A stretch of DNA of 64,000 bases from Felis catus (lineage: Eukaryota): NCBI RefSeq assembly GCF_018350175.1, contig NC_058368.1, positions 123,630,001-123,694,000 on the forward strand, read 5' to 3'. Every line of letters begins with the position of its first letter. The first letter of the stretch is position 1. The notes beneath the pieces are model-generated. The model saw nothing but the letters and a program-made list of their open reading frames with translations. It was not told where the DNA came from and ran no database searches. The position numbers were made by a program, and so were the translations under genes. Positions 12,966-27,014 of the stretch are shown piece by piece.

Positions 12966-13408
12966 GTTTGGACTTTATTTATCATCTTCAGATTTCAAGT
13001 ACTTATTGAATTATTTATAATCACTATATTTCCTGCATATGATTATAGTGAACATACTTGATGTCAAAATTGTAAGTTTTCAGAGTTTTTAAAGGTATAT
13101 TAAAGCCATCTAAAATATCAAAAGGATGATTAATGAGATTTAAGCTCTCTGTTTCTGTATCAAATTGTGGTCAGGTAAACAAAGATGAAGTGAAAGATAA
13201 AGAGAATTTAATAATTTAAATTTTCACATGAAGCTGGATTTTACTGGGACTACTAAAGATGTTTTTGTCTTTTTTATGATCAAATAATTTTACAGTGTTA
13301 CTTCATGTTTATTATATTCCTTTGAAATATGAAAGCAGTGTTTTAATAATTGAAAATTCCTTCATAAGTTTCCCTAGTTGGAACCATTTAATTTACATGT
13401 GCTTTTAA

Positions 13409-16400
13409 CAAAATTTCAATTGTAGTATAGTTGACATACAATATTATATTAGTGATTCGACATTTATGTATTTATATATATTAAGAAATGCTCACCACGA
13501 GGGCATCTGGGTGGCTCAGTTGGTTAAGTGCCTTGACTCTTGATTTCGGCTCGGGTCCTGATCTCAGGGTTCCTGAGATTGAGCCCTGTGTCTGGCTACT
13601 TGGGATTCTCTTTCTCCTCTCTCTCTGTGCCTCCCCCACCTGCACTCACACACATGTGCACACTGTCTCAAAGTAAATAAATAAACATTAAAAAAATGCT
13701 CACCGTGATAAGTGTGGCTACCATCTGCCAGCATATAAAGTTATTATGATATTATTGGCTGTATTTCCCGTGCTGTGCTTTTCATCCCTGTGACTTACTC
13801 ATTTTCTAACTGGAAGTTTGTATCTCTTAAATCCCCTTCACATGTTTCATCCATCACCTCACCTGCCTTCCCTCTCGCAACCACCAGTCTGTTTGTTCTC
13901 TGTATTTATAAGTTTGTTTTTGGCTTTTTGTTTATTACTTTTGTTTTTTAGATGTCACATATAAGTGAAATCATGTGGTATTTATCTTTGATTTATTTCA
14001 CTTAACATAATACCCTCTAGGTCCATCCATGTTGTTGCACGTGACAAGATTTCTTTCTTTTTTATGCCTGTGTGTGTAAAACACACCTTTATCCATTCAT
14101 CTGTTAATGGGCAGTTAGATTGCTTTCATATCTTGCCTGTTGTATTTGTATATAATGCTGCAGTAAACATAGGGGTACATATATCTTTTCAAATTAGTGT
14201 TTTCATTTTTTTAGGGGTGATAACCAGAAGTGGAATTAATGGATCATATGATATTTCTGTTGCTAATTTTTTGATGAGCTGCCTGTTTTCCATAGTGGCT
14301 GTACCTATTTACATTCTCACCAACAGTTCACAAGGGGTCCCTTTTCTCCGCATCCTCACCAGCAGTTAATTTCTTATCTTTGTGATACTAGTCGTTCTAA
14401 CAGGTGTATGGTGGTATCTCATTGTGGCTTGGATTCTCATTTCCCTGATGATTAGTGATACTGAGCATCTTTTCATGTGTGTGTCAGCTATCTGAATGTC
14501 TTCTTTGGAAGAATATCTATTCAGGTCCTCTGTCTAATTTTAATCAGATCTTGTGTGTGTGTTTGGTTGTATGAGTTCTTTAATTTTTTTTTTTTTTTTT
14601 GGATATTAACCTCTTAGTGGATATATCATTTGCAAATATTATCTTTTTCCTTCAAGTAGGTTGCCTTTTCATGTTGTGGATGGTTTCCTTTGCTGTGCAA
14701 AAGTTTTTTAGTTTGATGTAGACTCTGTTGTGTATTTCTGCTTGTGTTGCCCTTGCCTGAGGAGACCAGTCCAAAAAGACATATTGCTAAGGCAATATTT
14801 TCTTTGTTTTCTTTTAGGAGTATTATGGTTTTGGGTCTTATTTACATTTAGTTCTTTAATCCATTTTGAGTTTATTTTTTTCATATGGTATAGGAAAGTG
14901 GTCCAGTTTAGTTCTTTTGCATGTGGCTGTCTAGTTTTGTCAGTACCATTTATTGCAGAGACTGTCTTTTCCACATTGTACATTCTTACCTCATTTTTCT
15001 TAGGTTAATTGACCATATAATGAGTTGGTTGGTTTCTTTCTTTTTCTGTCTTTCTTTCTTCCTTTCTTCCTTTCTTTCTTTCTTCCTTTCTTCCTCCTTT
15101 CCTTTTCCTTCCTTCCTTCCTTCCTTCCTTCCTTCCTTCCTTCCTTCCTTCCTTCCTTCTGGGTTTATTTCTGGGCTCTCTTTTCTGTTCCATTGATCTG
15201 TTTTGGTGCCAGTACCATACTGTTTTGATTACTGTAACTTTGTAGTATAGTTTGAAATCTGGAATTGTGTTGAGTCTCAGCTTTGTTATCTTTCTCAGGA
15301 TTACTTCGGTTGTTGGGCTTGTTGGGTTTTTGTGATTCTACACAAATTTTAGGATTGTGTGTTTTAGTTCTTTGAAAAATACTGTTGGTGTTTTGATAAG
15401 GATTGCATTCAGTCTGTAGATTTTTTGAGTGGTATGGCCATTTTAACAGTAGTAATTTTTCCAGTCCCTGAGTATGGGCTATCTTTTCCTTTTTTTGTGT
15501 CATCTTCAATTTCTTTCATTATTATCTTACAGTTTTCAAAGCACAGGACTTTCACCTCCTTGGGTAACTTTATTCCTAGGTATTTTATTCTTTTTGATGC
15601 AGTTGTAAATGGGATTATTTTCTTAATGTCTCTTTCTTACAGCTTGTTATTAATGTAGAGAAACATAACAGATAATTGTATATTTATCCTGCAATTCCAC
15701 TAAATTTGTTTATTCTAACAATTTTTGGTGTTGTCTTTATGGTTTTCTGTATGTAATACCATGTCATTTGCAAACAGTGACAATGTTACTTCTTTCTTAC
15801 CAATTTGGATGCCTTTTATTTTTCATGTCTGATTGCGGTGACTAGGATTTTCAGTACCGTGTTGAATAAAAATGGCAACAGTAGTCATCCTTGCCTTCTT
15901 CTTAATCTTAGAGGATAAGTTTTCAGCTTTTTACCATTGAGAATGGTATTAGCTGTGGGTTTGTTATGTGTCCCATATTTTGTTGGGGTATGTTCCATCT
16001 GTACCTGTTTTGTGGAGAGTTTTTATCATGAACAGATGTTGAATTTTATTACAAGCTTTTCCTTTATGTGTGGAAATCATATGATTTTTATCTTTCCTTT
16101 TGTAAATGTGGTGTATCCTGTTGATTGATTTGTGGATATTGAACCATCCTTGCATCCCTGGAATAAATCCCACCTGAGCATGGTGAATGATACTTTAAAT
16201 GTATTGTTGAAGTCAGTCTTTGTATTTGTGTTTTTTTTCCAGTTTTTCTTTCTAATGGAATTTTAGTTTCATACCATTGTGGTTGAAAAATATGCTTGAT
16301 ATAATTTCAGGCTTAAATTCATTGAGACTTGTTTTGTGGCCTCACATGTAATCTGTCCTGGAAAGTGTTCCATGTGCACTTGAAAATTATGTGTATTCTT

Positions 16401-17859
16401 CTGTCTTGTGGATGGAAAGTTTTGTATGTATCTGTTTGTTTTATGCTGTCTAATGTGTTCTTCAGAGCGACTGTTTTCCTTACTGATTTTCTATCTGGGT
16501 GATCAGTCCATTGATGTAAATGTTCATGTCCCCTACTCTTACATTATTACTGTCAATTTCTCCCAATGTGTTTCTGAATATTTGCTTTGTAAGTTTAAGT
16601 GCTTCTCTGTTGGATGCATAGAAATTTACAATTGTCACATCCTCTTGTTGGATTAATCTCATTATTATATAATGTCTCTCTTTATCTCCTATTACACTTC
16701 CTGTTTTAAAATCTGTTTTGTCTTAGTGTTGCTACCCAGCTTTTTTCCCCCACTTACATTTGCATGGAATGTCTTTTACCATCTCTTCACTTTTTAGTCT
16801 GTTTGTGTCTTTATGTCTGAAGGGAGTCTCTTGTAGGCAACACGTAGATGAATCTTGTTTTTTTATCCTTTCAGTCAGTGTTTGTATCTTTTGTTTGAAG
16901 CGTTTATTCCATTTTTATTTTATTTTATTTTATTTTATTTTAGTCACTGAGAGTAATTTTATTTATTCATTTCTTTTGTTTTAATTAGTGAGGCCCAGCT
17001 ATAATTGTTGAGACCATGCTGGCGGGCAAGATACCAATTCTAGCTGCTGCTCACTAGTTATATTGGCAGTAGTCACTTTGGGTGGACACAGGTTCTAGCT
17101 GAGGCTGCCTGGTGGGTATGGTATGGCATGAGCCACTTTGGGGGGAATTCCTGCCAGGGCAGGTGGGTTGGATGATCCACAGGGGAACACCAGAGCAGGT
17201 TGAGCAGTGCTAGAAGGTAAATGGAGAGTGTCAAAACTGGCTTCTGCAAGCATCAGGCCAGCTAGGCTACAGGAGGGGAAGAAAAATGGCACCTGGTAAG
17301 ACTTTATTTCTCGAGAAAATTCCTACACTTCCAGCCCTTTTGGCACACACCCTAAAATTACTTAGTAGATCTCCTTCACTTAATAACTTGTATGTTTTTC
17401 AAACTGCTGCCTTTCTGTTGGGTCTCAAACTGAATGAATACACTGGCACTTTAGGAGTGGATTCTAAGTTTCCTCTAGCCCTCCGACTCTCCCAGAGTGA
17501 AGTTTCCTTGATTTTCAAAGCCAGATGTTATAAGGGGGCTTTTCTTCCTGATGCACATCCCAGGGCAGGGGTGCCTGATGTGGGATTTGATCCTTTCACT
17601 CCTCAGGTGGAACTGTGTGCTTGTGATATCGCTCCTGTTTGTGGGTCACCATGCTGACAGAGTTGGTTCCCAACTGTGTCCCTGCCCCCTTCTACTCTTC
17701 TCAGTATGGCCTTTTTTCTTTATCCTCATTGTGGAAGAGCTGTTATACGTCTTTGGTCCCTTTTCAGAATGAGCTGCACTGTAGTTAAGGTCTTGGTGTG
17801 TCCATAGGAGGAGGTGAGCTCAGGATCCTCTTGTTCTGCCATCTTCCCAAGCTCCTCAG
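13409..17859 (-). mobile_element. Internally deleted LINE-1 retaining both ends, antisense to MTREX
   Basis: ORF2 RT-region peptide [18 protein letters not shown] (15964..16173), endonuclease-like peptide (16480..16662), 5' start with GCCATCTT at 17838; TSD 14/17 identical at 13392 and 17860. Confidence 0.85.
15033..15159. repeat. Compound (CTTT)n/(CCTT)n microsatellite inside an L1
   Basis: Directly visible. Confidence 0.97.
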
Positions 17860-18834
17860 TTTACCTGTGGTTTCAATTAATTGCAAAACATTCAGTTTGC
17901 CATATGAGATACCTGTATTTCTTGAATATCTCACCCCCCCTTTTAATAATTAGGACAAAATTACTGCAGGTAAAACCTCAATATTAAGATTCCAAGCATG
18001 TATTTGAAGACAGATATACTGGAATTTTGTTATTTTAAAGCATTACTTTAAGTATGTGGTGTATTCCTAGGAATTTTAAGAAATGTCTTTGTGATGATAT
18101 ATGATATAATAACCTTTGATTTATCGAAATTAAAATCTGCCATTGCAGCATCAGAGGATGCTGCTTTGGATCATTTCAAATGAGAGTGAAATTTGGAATT
18201 GGCAGTATTGAAGGATATTATTCATTATTAAATGTTTTAGAGTGATAATTAAAAGTATAATTACTTCCGAATCCTACCTAACATTTGGTTTCAATTCAAT
18301 CTTATAATTTCATTGCTCAAACTTCAGCCCTATTATAACTTGTATGATTTTTTTTCCATAATGTGTATTTTACAGTTGACTGCTTAACTGTAAATGAGAG
18401 TAAAACTCCCACAATTTAGCTGATAGTCACTGTATTCAAAAGGACCTTTGAAGTTATTGCAGCTTGGAATGGCAAGCATGTGGCACACATGCCAACATTC
18501 TTTTTCTCTCCTGGCAGACATCGATGAAAAGTCATGGCATTCTTTCACACTGAAGGCTTTGACTCTTCAAGATAATGATCTAATGACTAATTTCATTGGA
18601 GTTAGTATTTTAAGGAAAACGTACTTGTTGTCTATCTTGCCTCTGGCCCAGATTTTATTTAGCTTAGTCTCTGTGCCCATTTTACTTAAAGATATTGAGA
18701 AGCTTTGTACTACATAATGATCATGATTTGTCTCATTTTAATGGTTTGTGCAGAGTAGATGCCACTGGATCCTAGGCAACCTGCGTCTTTCCTTCTATAA
18801 CATTTTTTAAACTGAGGTATAATTGAAGTATAAT

Positions 18835-20470
18835 TTTTTTTTAAAGGTTAATTTTGAGAGAGCATGAGAGTGAGCGGGGGAGGGGAAGAGAGAATCCCAA
18901 GCAGGCTCTACACCGACAGGGGGGCTCAGTCTCTAGAACATGAAATCATGTCCTGAGCCAAAATCAAGAACCTCACTGAATGAGTCACCCAATGCATAAC
19001 ATTTTTTAAAATTTTTATTTATTTTTAAGAGATGATGAGTGGGGGAGGAGCAGAGAGAGAGGAAGAGAGAATCCCAAGCAGGCTCTGTGCTGTCAATCCA
19101 GAGTCTGACATGGGGCTTACACTTAAAAACCATGAGATTATGACCTGAGCTGATACAAGAGTCAGATGCTTAACCGTCTGAGCCACCAAGACACCCCAGC
19201 ATATAACATTTTTTCAGTTTATTTCCAGGAATTAAGTGGGGATGTATTAGTATAAGTTATATATATAGTCTCTGATTTCAAGGGGTTTACAGCTTAATGG
19301 GGGGAACATTTTGTGCTCAAGTTAGTGAACATCAAAAATGTATCCTCCAACTGGAGTAGAGTGTGTTTGGTGGGGGGAAGTCAATAAAGGTTTTATAAAA
19401 GAAGTATTAAGAAAATGAACTGACTTGGGGCTCCTGGGTGGCTCAGTCAGTTAAGTGTCCAACTTAGGCTCACGTCATGATCTCACGGTTCATGGGTTTG
19501 AGCTCCACATTGGGCTCTGTGCTGACAGCTAAGAGCCTGGAGTCTGCTTTGGATTTTGTGTCTACCTTTCTCTCTGCCCCTCCCTTGCTCATGCTCGTGT
19601 GCTCGCTCGCTCGCTCCCTCTCTCTCTCTCAAAACTAAATAGACATTTTAAAAAATATTAAAAAAAAAAAAGAAAACTGACTTGTAAGGATCTTTTCAGA
19701 CAAGAATTGCATTTCCAGCTGAGAAAGGAACATACACAGAGCATGAAACATGCCTTTTTAAAAAGAACTCTGAGTTCTATTGAATGATCAAACTAGTAAA
19801 ACAGAGAGAAGGACTATACCTTAAGACATAGTGTATGTATATAATATTGTTCACTTCTGTAAATTAATATTTTGAATAGGAATCCTGGACACAGGATTCA
19901 TAGACAATTTATAAGGAAATTTCATCTCTCAACTCTACTTACTGTGAAGACTACTCTGGATAGGTTTAAACCAGATTTCCTTTGCATGAAATATGAGTAG
20001 GAAGTGGCATTTCCATAGTCATTTTTCTTTCTTTTAACTTGGAGTGTGTATGATACACAATTAAGCTTTTTAAATGCTTCTTGGATTGCTGCAAGCTTTT
20101 GGTTAATTTCCAGAGTTCTTGAAGGAAAATTAGATCAAGGCACACATTTAGTTTTTATAAATCTAAAATTTAATAAAACATATTGGTTTAAATAACTGGG
20201 CCTGGACTTGATTAAAATGTAGTTAGTTCAAAAAATATCTTTTCTGGGGGTGCCCAGGTGGCTCAGTTGGTTAAACCTTCAACTTCGGCTCAGATCATGA
20301 TCTCATGGCTTGTGAGTTTGAATCCCACATTGGGCTCTTTGCTGACAGCGTGAAACCTGGAGCCTGCTTCAGATTCTGTGTGTGTGTGTGTGTCTCTCTC
20401 TCTCTGCCCCTCCCCTGCTCATGCTCTGTCTCTTTCTCCTTCAAAAAAATAAATAAACACTAAAAAAAAC
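18835..20470. mobile_element. Cluster of four Can-SINEs (- 18835-18995, - 19000-19198, + 19427-19675, + 20246-20470)
   Basis: Recognisable heads, CT/GA tracts and tails; boundaries approximate. Confidence 0.88.
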
Positions 20471-20629
20471 TACATGTATCTTTTCTGGATGAAAAATTCA
20501 AAAATTATATTTTAGCTAATGTCCTTGATTTGAAGAAATGAGATCATCTGAAACTTATTTAGGTTGTATTCACTTAAACTTACTGACTTCTGATGTTAGC
20601 TACCTTATCATTTGCTTATCTTTTTCCTT

Positions 20630-21460
20630 TTTTAAAATTTTAATTAGTTAATATACAGTGCAGTGTTGGTTTCAAAAGTAGAATTCAGTTATTCATCATT
20701 TCCATACAACACCCAGTGCTTATCACAAGTGCCCTACTTAATACTCATCACCCAGTCTTGCCCATCTCACACCCACCTCCGTCAACTCTCATTTTATCCT
20801 CTATCATTAAAGAGTCTCTTGTGATTTGTGTCCCTTTCTTCTCTTTCCTCCAGCTTTCCCATATGTTCATCTGTTTTGTGTCTTAAATTCCACACATGAG
20901 TGAACTCATTATATCTTTCTCTGATACATTTATTTCTCTTAGCATAGTACATTCTACCCCCATCCATGTCATTGCAGATGGCAAGATTTTATTCTTTTTG
21001 ATGGCTGAGTGATATTCTATTGCATATGTATACCACATTTTCTTTATCCAATCATCAGTGAGCATTTGGACTCCCTCCATAGTCTGGCTATTATTGATAA
21101 TGTTGCTATAAACATTGGGTGCATGTTCCCCTTCAAATCTGTATTTTTGTGTCCTTTGGGTAAATGCCTAATAGTGCAATTGCTGGATTGTAGAGTAGTT
21201 TTTTTTTTAGTTTTTTGAGGAACCTCCAAAACACTGTTCTCCAGAGTAGCTGCACCAGTTTACATACCCACCAGCAGTGCAAGGGGATTCCCGTTTCAAC
21301 GCATGCTGGCCAACACCTGTTGTTTCTTGTGTTGTTAATGTTAGCCATTCTCACAGGTTTGAGGTGGTATCTCATCATAGTTTTGATTTGTATTTCCCTG
21401 ATGATGAGTGACGTTGAGCATCTTTTCATGTGTCTGTAAGCCACCTGGATGTCTTCCTGG
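20630..21460 (-). mobile_element. 5'-truncated carnivore LINE-1 3' end (frameshifted ORF2 C-terminus)
   Basis: ORFs 21133..21480 and 20883..21080 translate to the L1 ORF2 C-terminus. Confidence 0.9.
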
Positions 21461-21619
21461 ATGTTGTTGTTTTCTGACATTTTGAATAATGTACATACAT
21501 GTCAGTGTTCTCTTATGATTCAGACACTGCATCTGTTATTTGCAAGGGTCACAAATTGCTGGTTCAGTAACCAGTTCAGCCCTCATAAATGTCTTATTTA
21601 AACATGAAATTGACAACTT

Positions 21620-22739
21620 GAAAATAAAAATAATTATATTAAAATATTATAATCAAGTGAAAGCAGCCCCAAATCCATACTGAGGTAGATAGGTAAGTAG
21701 GTAGGTAGGTAGGTAGGTAGGTAAAATATAGAAGGAACGAATATGTTAGAAAAGTCACCATTAGGCAACTACCAAATAACTAATCCATGGATCCTATAAC
21801 TAGTGAGTTGAAAGTTTAAATGAGGAATGGGATATTTACAAAGTAATGAATATCCCTATAAATTTCTTATTAATTGTAAAGGGAAAAGTAGTAAGTTTAC
21901 ATTAGAGAATGCCAGAGATAACCACTTGAATCAAGTCATAAAAATTAATATCACTAGTAATGTTGACCAGTGGACAGGAAGAACAAAAAACATCATTTCT
22001 GCCAAAAATTCATATCCTGAATTTCATGATTCATAATAATGAGACAAACCCAAATTCAGAGGCATTCATAAAATAATTAGTGTATTCAAAAATGTCAGTG
22101 TCCTGAGCAGCACACACACACACACACAAAAGAGAAACTGTTCCAGATTAAAGTAAAATAAAGAATTACCACAAGTAAACATAATTTATCATCCTAATTT
22201 GGATACGTAGAGTGGTGGGAGAGAACAAGTGTGGTATAAAAGGCACATTTTAGGAGGCAATTGGAGAAGTAGATGGAATATTAATATGCATTATAGATTA
22301 GATAATAATTGTTTCAACATTAAATTTTCCTCTTTTAATACTTGTACTATGGATGTGGTATATGTGTGGGAAGAGAGAATGATAAAGCAAATGGGGCAAA
22401 TGTGAATATTTGGTGAATCTGAATAAAGGTTTATGGGAACTCTTTGTTCTAGTAACTTTTCTAAAAATTTGAAATTATATAAAAATGTCAATTCCATAAA
22501 AACAAAGTAGGCAGGATTCTAGATTTAAAAAGGCTAAAGAGATCTGACAACTAAATGCAAGAAATGATCCTTGGCTGGATCTTAGATCCAAAAGTGGTGG
22601 TAGTATCAGGGTACCTGGGTGGCTCAGTCAAGTTAAGTGTCCAACTCACTTTTGGCTCAGGTCATGATCTCTTGGTTTCATGAGTTCGAGCACTGTATCA
22701 GGCTCCATGCTAATCCTGCCAACTCTGCTTGTGATTTAT

Positions 22740-22776
<37 letters not shown>

Positions 22777-23190
22777 GTCAAAAAAATAAACTTAAAAAAA
22801 AAAATAAAGCTGGTGGTAGTATCTATAAATGGCATTAGTGAGTCATTTGGGGAAATTTGAATATGAACTGTATATTAGATTATATTATTAAATTTTTATG
22901 GTATAATGAGGTAATTCTTAGAAGATACATGATCAAGTATTTGCTGGTGAGGTGAAGTGGCATGTTATCTGCAAATTAATTTTAAATGGTTAAAATAGGA
23001 AAAAGGAAGGCAGAAAGAAAAACACTCCCCCACCAAAATCCCAGAGTCTTAACTAGAAAGAGGAAAAGCACAATATGGCAAGCTATTAACAGTTGGAAAG
23101 ATCTAGTTGAGAAAATACAGTGGATAGTTTGTTGTATTATTATTTTAGTCACTTTTGAATAAGAAGTTGTAGTTGTGTGCTTTAAACAAT
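21620..23190 (+). mobile_element. Old L1MC/L1ME-like 3'UTR fragments (sense), with a SINE inserted at ~22608-22806
   Basis: Characteristic motifs recalled from L1MC 3' ends (AAGGGAAAAGTAGTAAGTTTAC, TTCCAGATTAAAG, TAAATGCAA...GATCCT); boundaries approximate. Confidence 0.6.
21684..21723. repeat. (GTAG)n tetranucleotide microsatellite
   Basis: Directly visible. Confidence 0.9.
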
Positions 23191-23279
23191 ACATACTTTC
23201 TCCATTTTTTCTTTCTTTTCTCTTTGGTATTTGAATATGATCTCTGTTCTTTTAGCTTTTACACTAAATAACATTTTTT

Positions 23280-23495
23280 AAAGGTGCTTATTAACTATTT
23301 TAAAACACTTTACATGCATTATTTCATTTAATTCTCACAACAGTTTAATGAGATAGATATAATTTCATCTTCATTTTTAAAATGGGAAGAATGAAGCCTA
23401 AAAAATTTGGACTTCCTCAGGGTCTCAAAACTAGCAGAAAACTGAATCAAAACCCAGGCAGTCTTGACTCTAGAAACTCTGCTCAACTGCTCTAC
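23280..23495 (-). mobile_element. MIR-like relic
   Basis: TCATTTAATTCTCACAAC...CATTTT...GAATCAAAACCCAGGCAGTCTTGACTCTAGA resembles MIR in reverse orientation. Confidence 0.65.
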
Positions 23496-24212
23496 CATTT
23501 TATTCAATAAAACACTATGAATATATTTGTTAACCAGCAAGCCAATGGCAGCTGTTTTTTTTAGTAGCGATCAGAGTAAGGTAGCCATTGAGAATAATAC
23601 ACTGATAAATTTGGACCTTTAAAAGTGTTAACTTCTCAGTGTACAGACAACCTCTAAGTCAGTGTCCTTAAAGGAAGCAAAATGGTATACTTCATGGTGA
23701 GGACAAGGTATTCTTGTCGGGAGAGAACATGAAAGAAAGTTTGAAGATAGGTGATTCTTGAATATTATGTCTAATGGAGTATACTGTTTTCTGTGGTTGA
23801 AATACTTTTTTCATCTCTTCATTAAAACCTATCTAGAGCTTACATGAATCCTACTCACCCATAAACAGGAGTCTTTCCTTCCTGTGTAGTGCTGTTATAT
23901 TTTTAAGATATTCAAAAAGTGCCAATAATGAGTACATGCAAATAAATAAAGCATGGATTCTGTGTTGAGGGAATAACTAATTTTTAGGTACCATTTATTT
24001 ACCTGTTATTTAGAAGTTTGAATTAGGTTTTACTTTTGAAATACAGTTTCTGGTAAGATATGTGCTTCTATTGTGATTATTACCTACTTAATCATATGTG
24101 TTACAAATTGTAAATACAGCTTCGTTTTAAGGATTCAAGCTAAATTTGGGAAATGACAGAGTTTGAAAATGTGCAGTTTTAATTGTAGCATTCTGTAACT
24201 TTTTCTTGGTAG

Positions 24213-24323
24213 GTTGTTCCAGTTTTGGTGCACCTCCTGTCTGCTATCAGCAGTGTTAGGCTTTATATTCCTAAAGACCTTCGGCCAGTGGATAATAGAC
24301 AGAGTGTTTTAAAGTCAATACAG
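24213..24323 (+). CDS. MTREX: MTREX coding exon VVPVLVHLLSAISSVRLYIPKDLRPVDNRQSVLKSIQ
   Basis: ttttcttggtAG acceptor, CAG|GTACAC donor; 111 nt, phase 0-0; continues the previous exon in frame. Confidence 0.96.
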
Positions 24324-24422
24324 GTACACGTATTAGTTTTATAAATTTAAATAAAAATTTTATGTAAAGATAAATAGAATTTATAACAAGACAGCTTAAA
24401 TGCTTTAAAATATATTTCTTTC

Positions 24423-24453
<31 letters not shown>

Positions 24454-25090
24454 TGAACACTGCCAGTAGTGGAAGTTCGTGATTTTTGTATAGATTGTCC
24501 ATTCCTTGAATATACCAAAAGTGAGAAGTAAGGGAGAACCCAAAAAGGAAAACATAGCTACTGTTTTATGCAAAATGTTTTGCTTTATTTGTTGGGTAAA
24601 AATAACTAGACTGCATTAAAAAATTTTATGTATAAAAATCATGTGCCAGGACTTTTAACCATTTTTTAGTTTTATTTTCAATAAGAAAAATTATGACATT
24701 CTAGAAATCTATTTTCCAGTAGGGGAAGAAAATGGAATTTTGTTAGTTATTTGGTCAGCAAACATTTGGATTATCATTTACTGGTCAGCAAAGGCTCTGT
24801 ACTTGAATTTGAGAAAACAAAGATAAACAGGATGCTTTCATTGTAGAGCAGGAACATTCAAGCTGTGGTCCTAGGCAGGCTTTCTGAATTGAATAATTGT
24901 CTTGACAGTTTTATAGACTTTTTATGTGGATAAACTGTTTGTTGTTGTTGTTTTATCCCTAACTCACCAAATTCTATTTTATCTTTAAGGCCTATCCCAA
25001 GACCTTGAAAGTCTCCCCAGGGCAGTACCAGCCTACAGTGAGCTGTCCCTTCTCTGAACTCAGATGCTCATTATATTTAACAGTTAAATC

Positions 25091-25132
<42 letters not shown>

Positions 25133-25571
25133 CCCCAAAACACAAAATTAATGACAGGAATCTGGACCCTTTAAAAAACTTCTGTCTTTTGACTCAGTAG
25201 TACCCCACTCCCCTAGGAATCAGCCCCAAGGAAATAATATGAAAACTGAAAACTATTTACACCTGGGTTGTTTAATATAGGATTATTTATGACAGTGAAA
25301 GGTTACAACAACCTAAATGTATAATAATGTGTTTAGCAATAAGTTGTACCACACTTAGAACTATTCAGCTCTAAATACTAAAATTATTAATAAATTTAAC
25401 ACATCCCTGTATCGGTATATCATGGTATGATTCAAAAGGAGGTTTCAAAACCAAATGCAACGGAAAAGTGCAATCCAGTTTAAGTGCATTTTTCAATGTG
25501 TTTGTGCACAGAAATACATAGAAGGAAATATTTAGTCTTAAATAATTTTGTCTATAAATTTTTTGTTTCAG

Positions 25572-25760
25572 GAAGTTCAGAAACGTTTTCCTGATGGTGT
25601 TCCCTTATTAGATCCTATTGATGATATGGGCATTCAAGATCAAGGGCTGAAAAAAGTCATCCAGAAAGTAGAGGCTTTTGAACATAGAATGTATTCTCAT
25701 CCACTTCACAATGATCCAAATTTGGAAACAGTGTATACTCTTTGTGAAAAAAAAGCACAG
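25572..25760 (+). CDS. MTREX: MTREX coding exon EVQKRFPDGVPLLDPIDDMGIQDQGLKKVIQKVEAFEHRMYSHPLHNDPNLETVYTLCEKKAQ
   Basis: Lies within ORF 25548..25817; tttcAG acceptor, CAG|GTATGG donor; 189 nt. Confidence 0.97.
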
Positions 25761-25964
25761 GTATGGCAGAAACTTAGTTTGTATCATAAAATTCTGTATA
25801 TTTTACTAAATAGATGATTATGTGTTTTCTATTTTCTTTTCCTATTGGTTTCATCAGCTAACACAGGGAAATATCTCCTTATCTTTTGAGGAGACCATCA
25901 CCTCTTACCAGCAAGACAAGATGAAGATCATTTTGTTATAATGTGGTATTTGATGGTTTTTCTT

Positions 25965-26705
25965 AAGTTTTTTTAAATGTAATATAATTCATGTATAGTA
26001 ATATTTACCCTTTTAAGGCATACATTTCAGTGGTTTCTAGTATATTTACAGATAACTGCAACCATACCACTGTCACAATTCCAGAGCATTTCCATCATCC
26101 CCAAAAGAAACCTTATACTAATTAGCAGGCAATTCTATTTCTCCCATCTTACAGCCCCTAGCAACTACAAATCTCCTTTCTGCCTCTGTCAATTTGCCTA
26201 TCCTGGAGATTTCATATAAGTAAAATCCTACAGTATGTGGCCTTTTGTGTCTGCTTTCTCCACTTAGCATAACGTCTTCAAGGTTCATCCATGTGGTAGC
26301 CATGAATTAGTACTTTATTCCTTTTTATGGCTGAAAAATATTCAATTATATGCATATACCACGTTTTGTTTAACAGTTCAACAGATGATAGACATTTGGG
26401 GTTTTTCCACTTTTTGGCTGTTTTGAGTAACCCTGCTACCAACTTTTATGTACGAGTTTTGTGTGAAGATATTTTCATTTCTCCTGCGTGGAATTAGGTA
26501 GAATTGCTGGGTCATAATAGTAAGTCTAGGCTTAACCTTTTGAGAAACCGCCGACTTTTTCCCCAAGTGGCTATACCACTTCACATGTATGTAAATGTAC
26601 ATACATACATTTACAGCAATTTATGAAAGCTGTTATTTCTCTGTGTTCTCACCAACACTTGTTATTGTCTGTGTTTTTGATTATAGCCTTCCTAGTGGTA
26701 TGTAA
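25965..26705 (-). mobile_element. Old L1M-type 3' end fragment
   Basis: ORF 26118..26303 (MATTWMNLEDVMLS) is the L1 ORF2 terminus plus 3'UTR. Confidence 0.8.
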
Positions 26706-26774
26706 TAGCTCAGCTTTTAGGGTAATTAGCTGTAGTCTCTAACCAGAAAAGCTAGTTAATTTACAGATAATTAA

Positions 26775-27014
26775 TTTAGGATGACCTAAAAGAGCATAAG
26801 AGTGTGATAAGTACTCAGAGGCATATAAAGCTTACCAGTTAGAAGACAGCCCCCTATTAAAGATTTTTTTCCTCAATAAATTTTACTGAAATGTACTTTG
26901 GGTATACTGAGTTAAATAAAATATTATTAGAATTAATTTCACTTTTTAAAATGTGGTTACTGGAGAATTTGCTTTTTCAGACAGTGCTACAAGAACATAC
27001 TTGTACTGCCTCAC
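26775..27014 (+). repeat. Left arm of ~240-bp inverted repeat
   Basis: Reverse complement of 28264-28501 by manual alignment. Confidence 0.95.
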
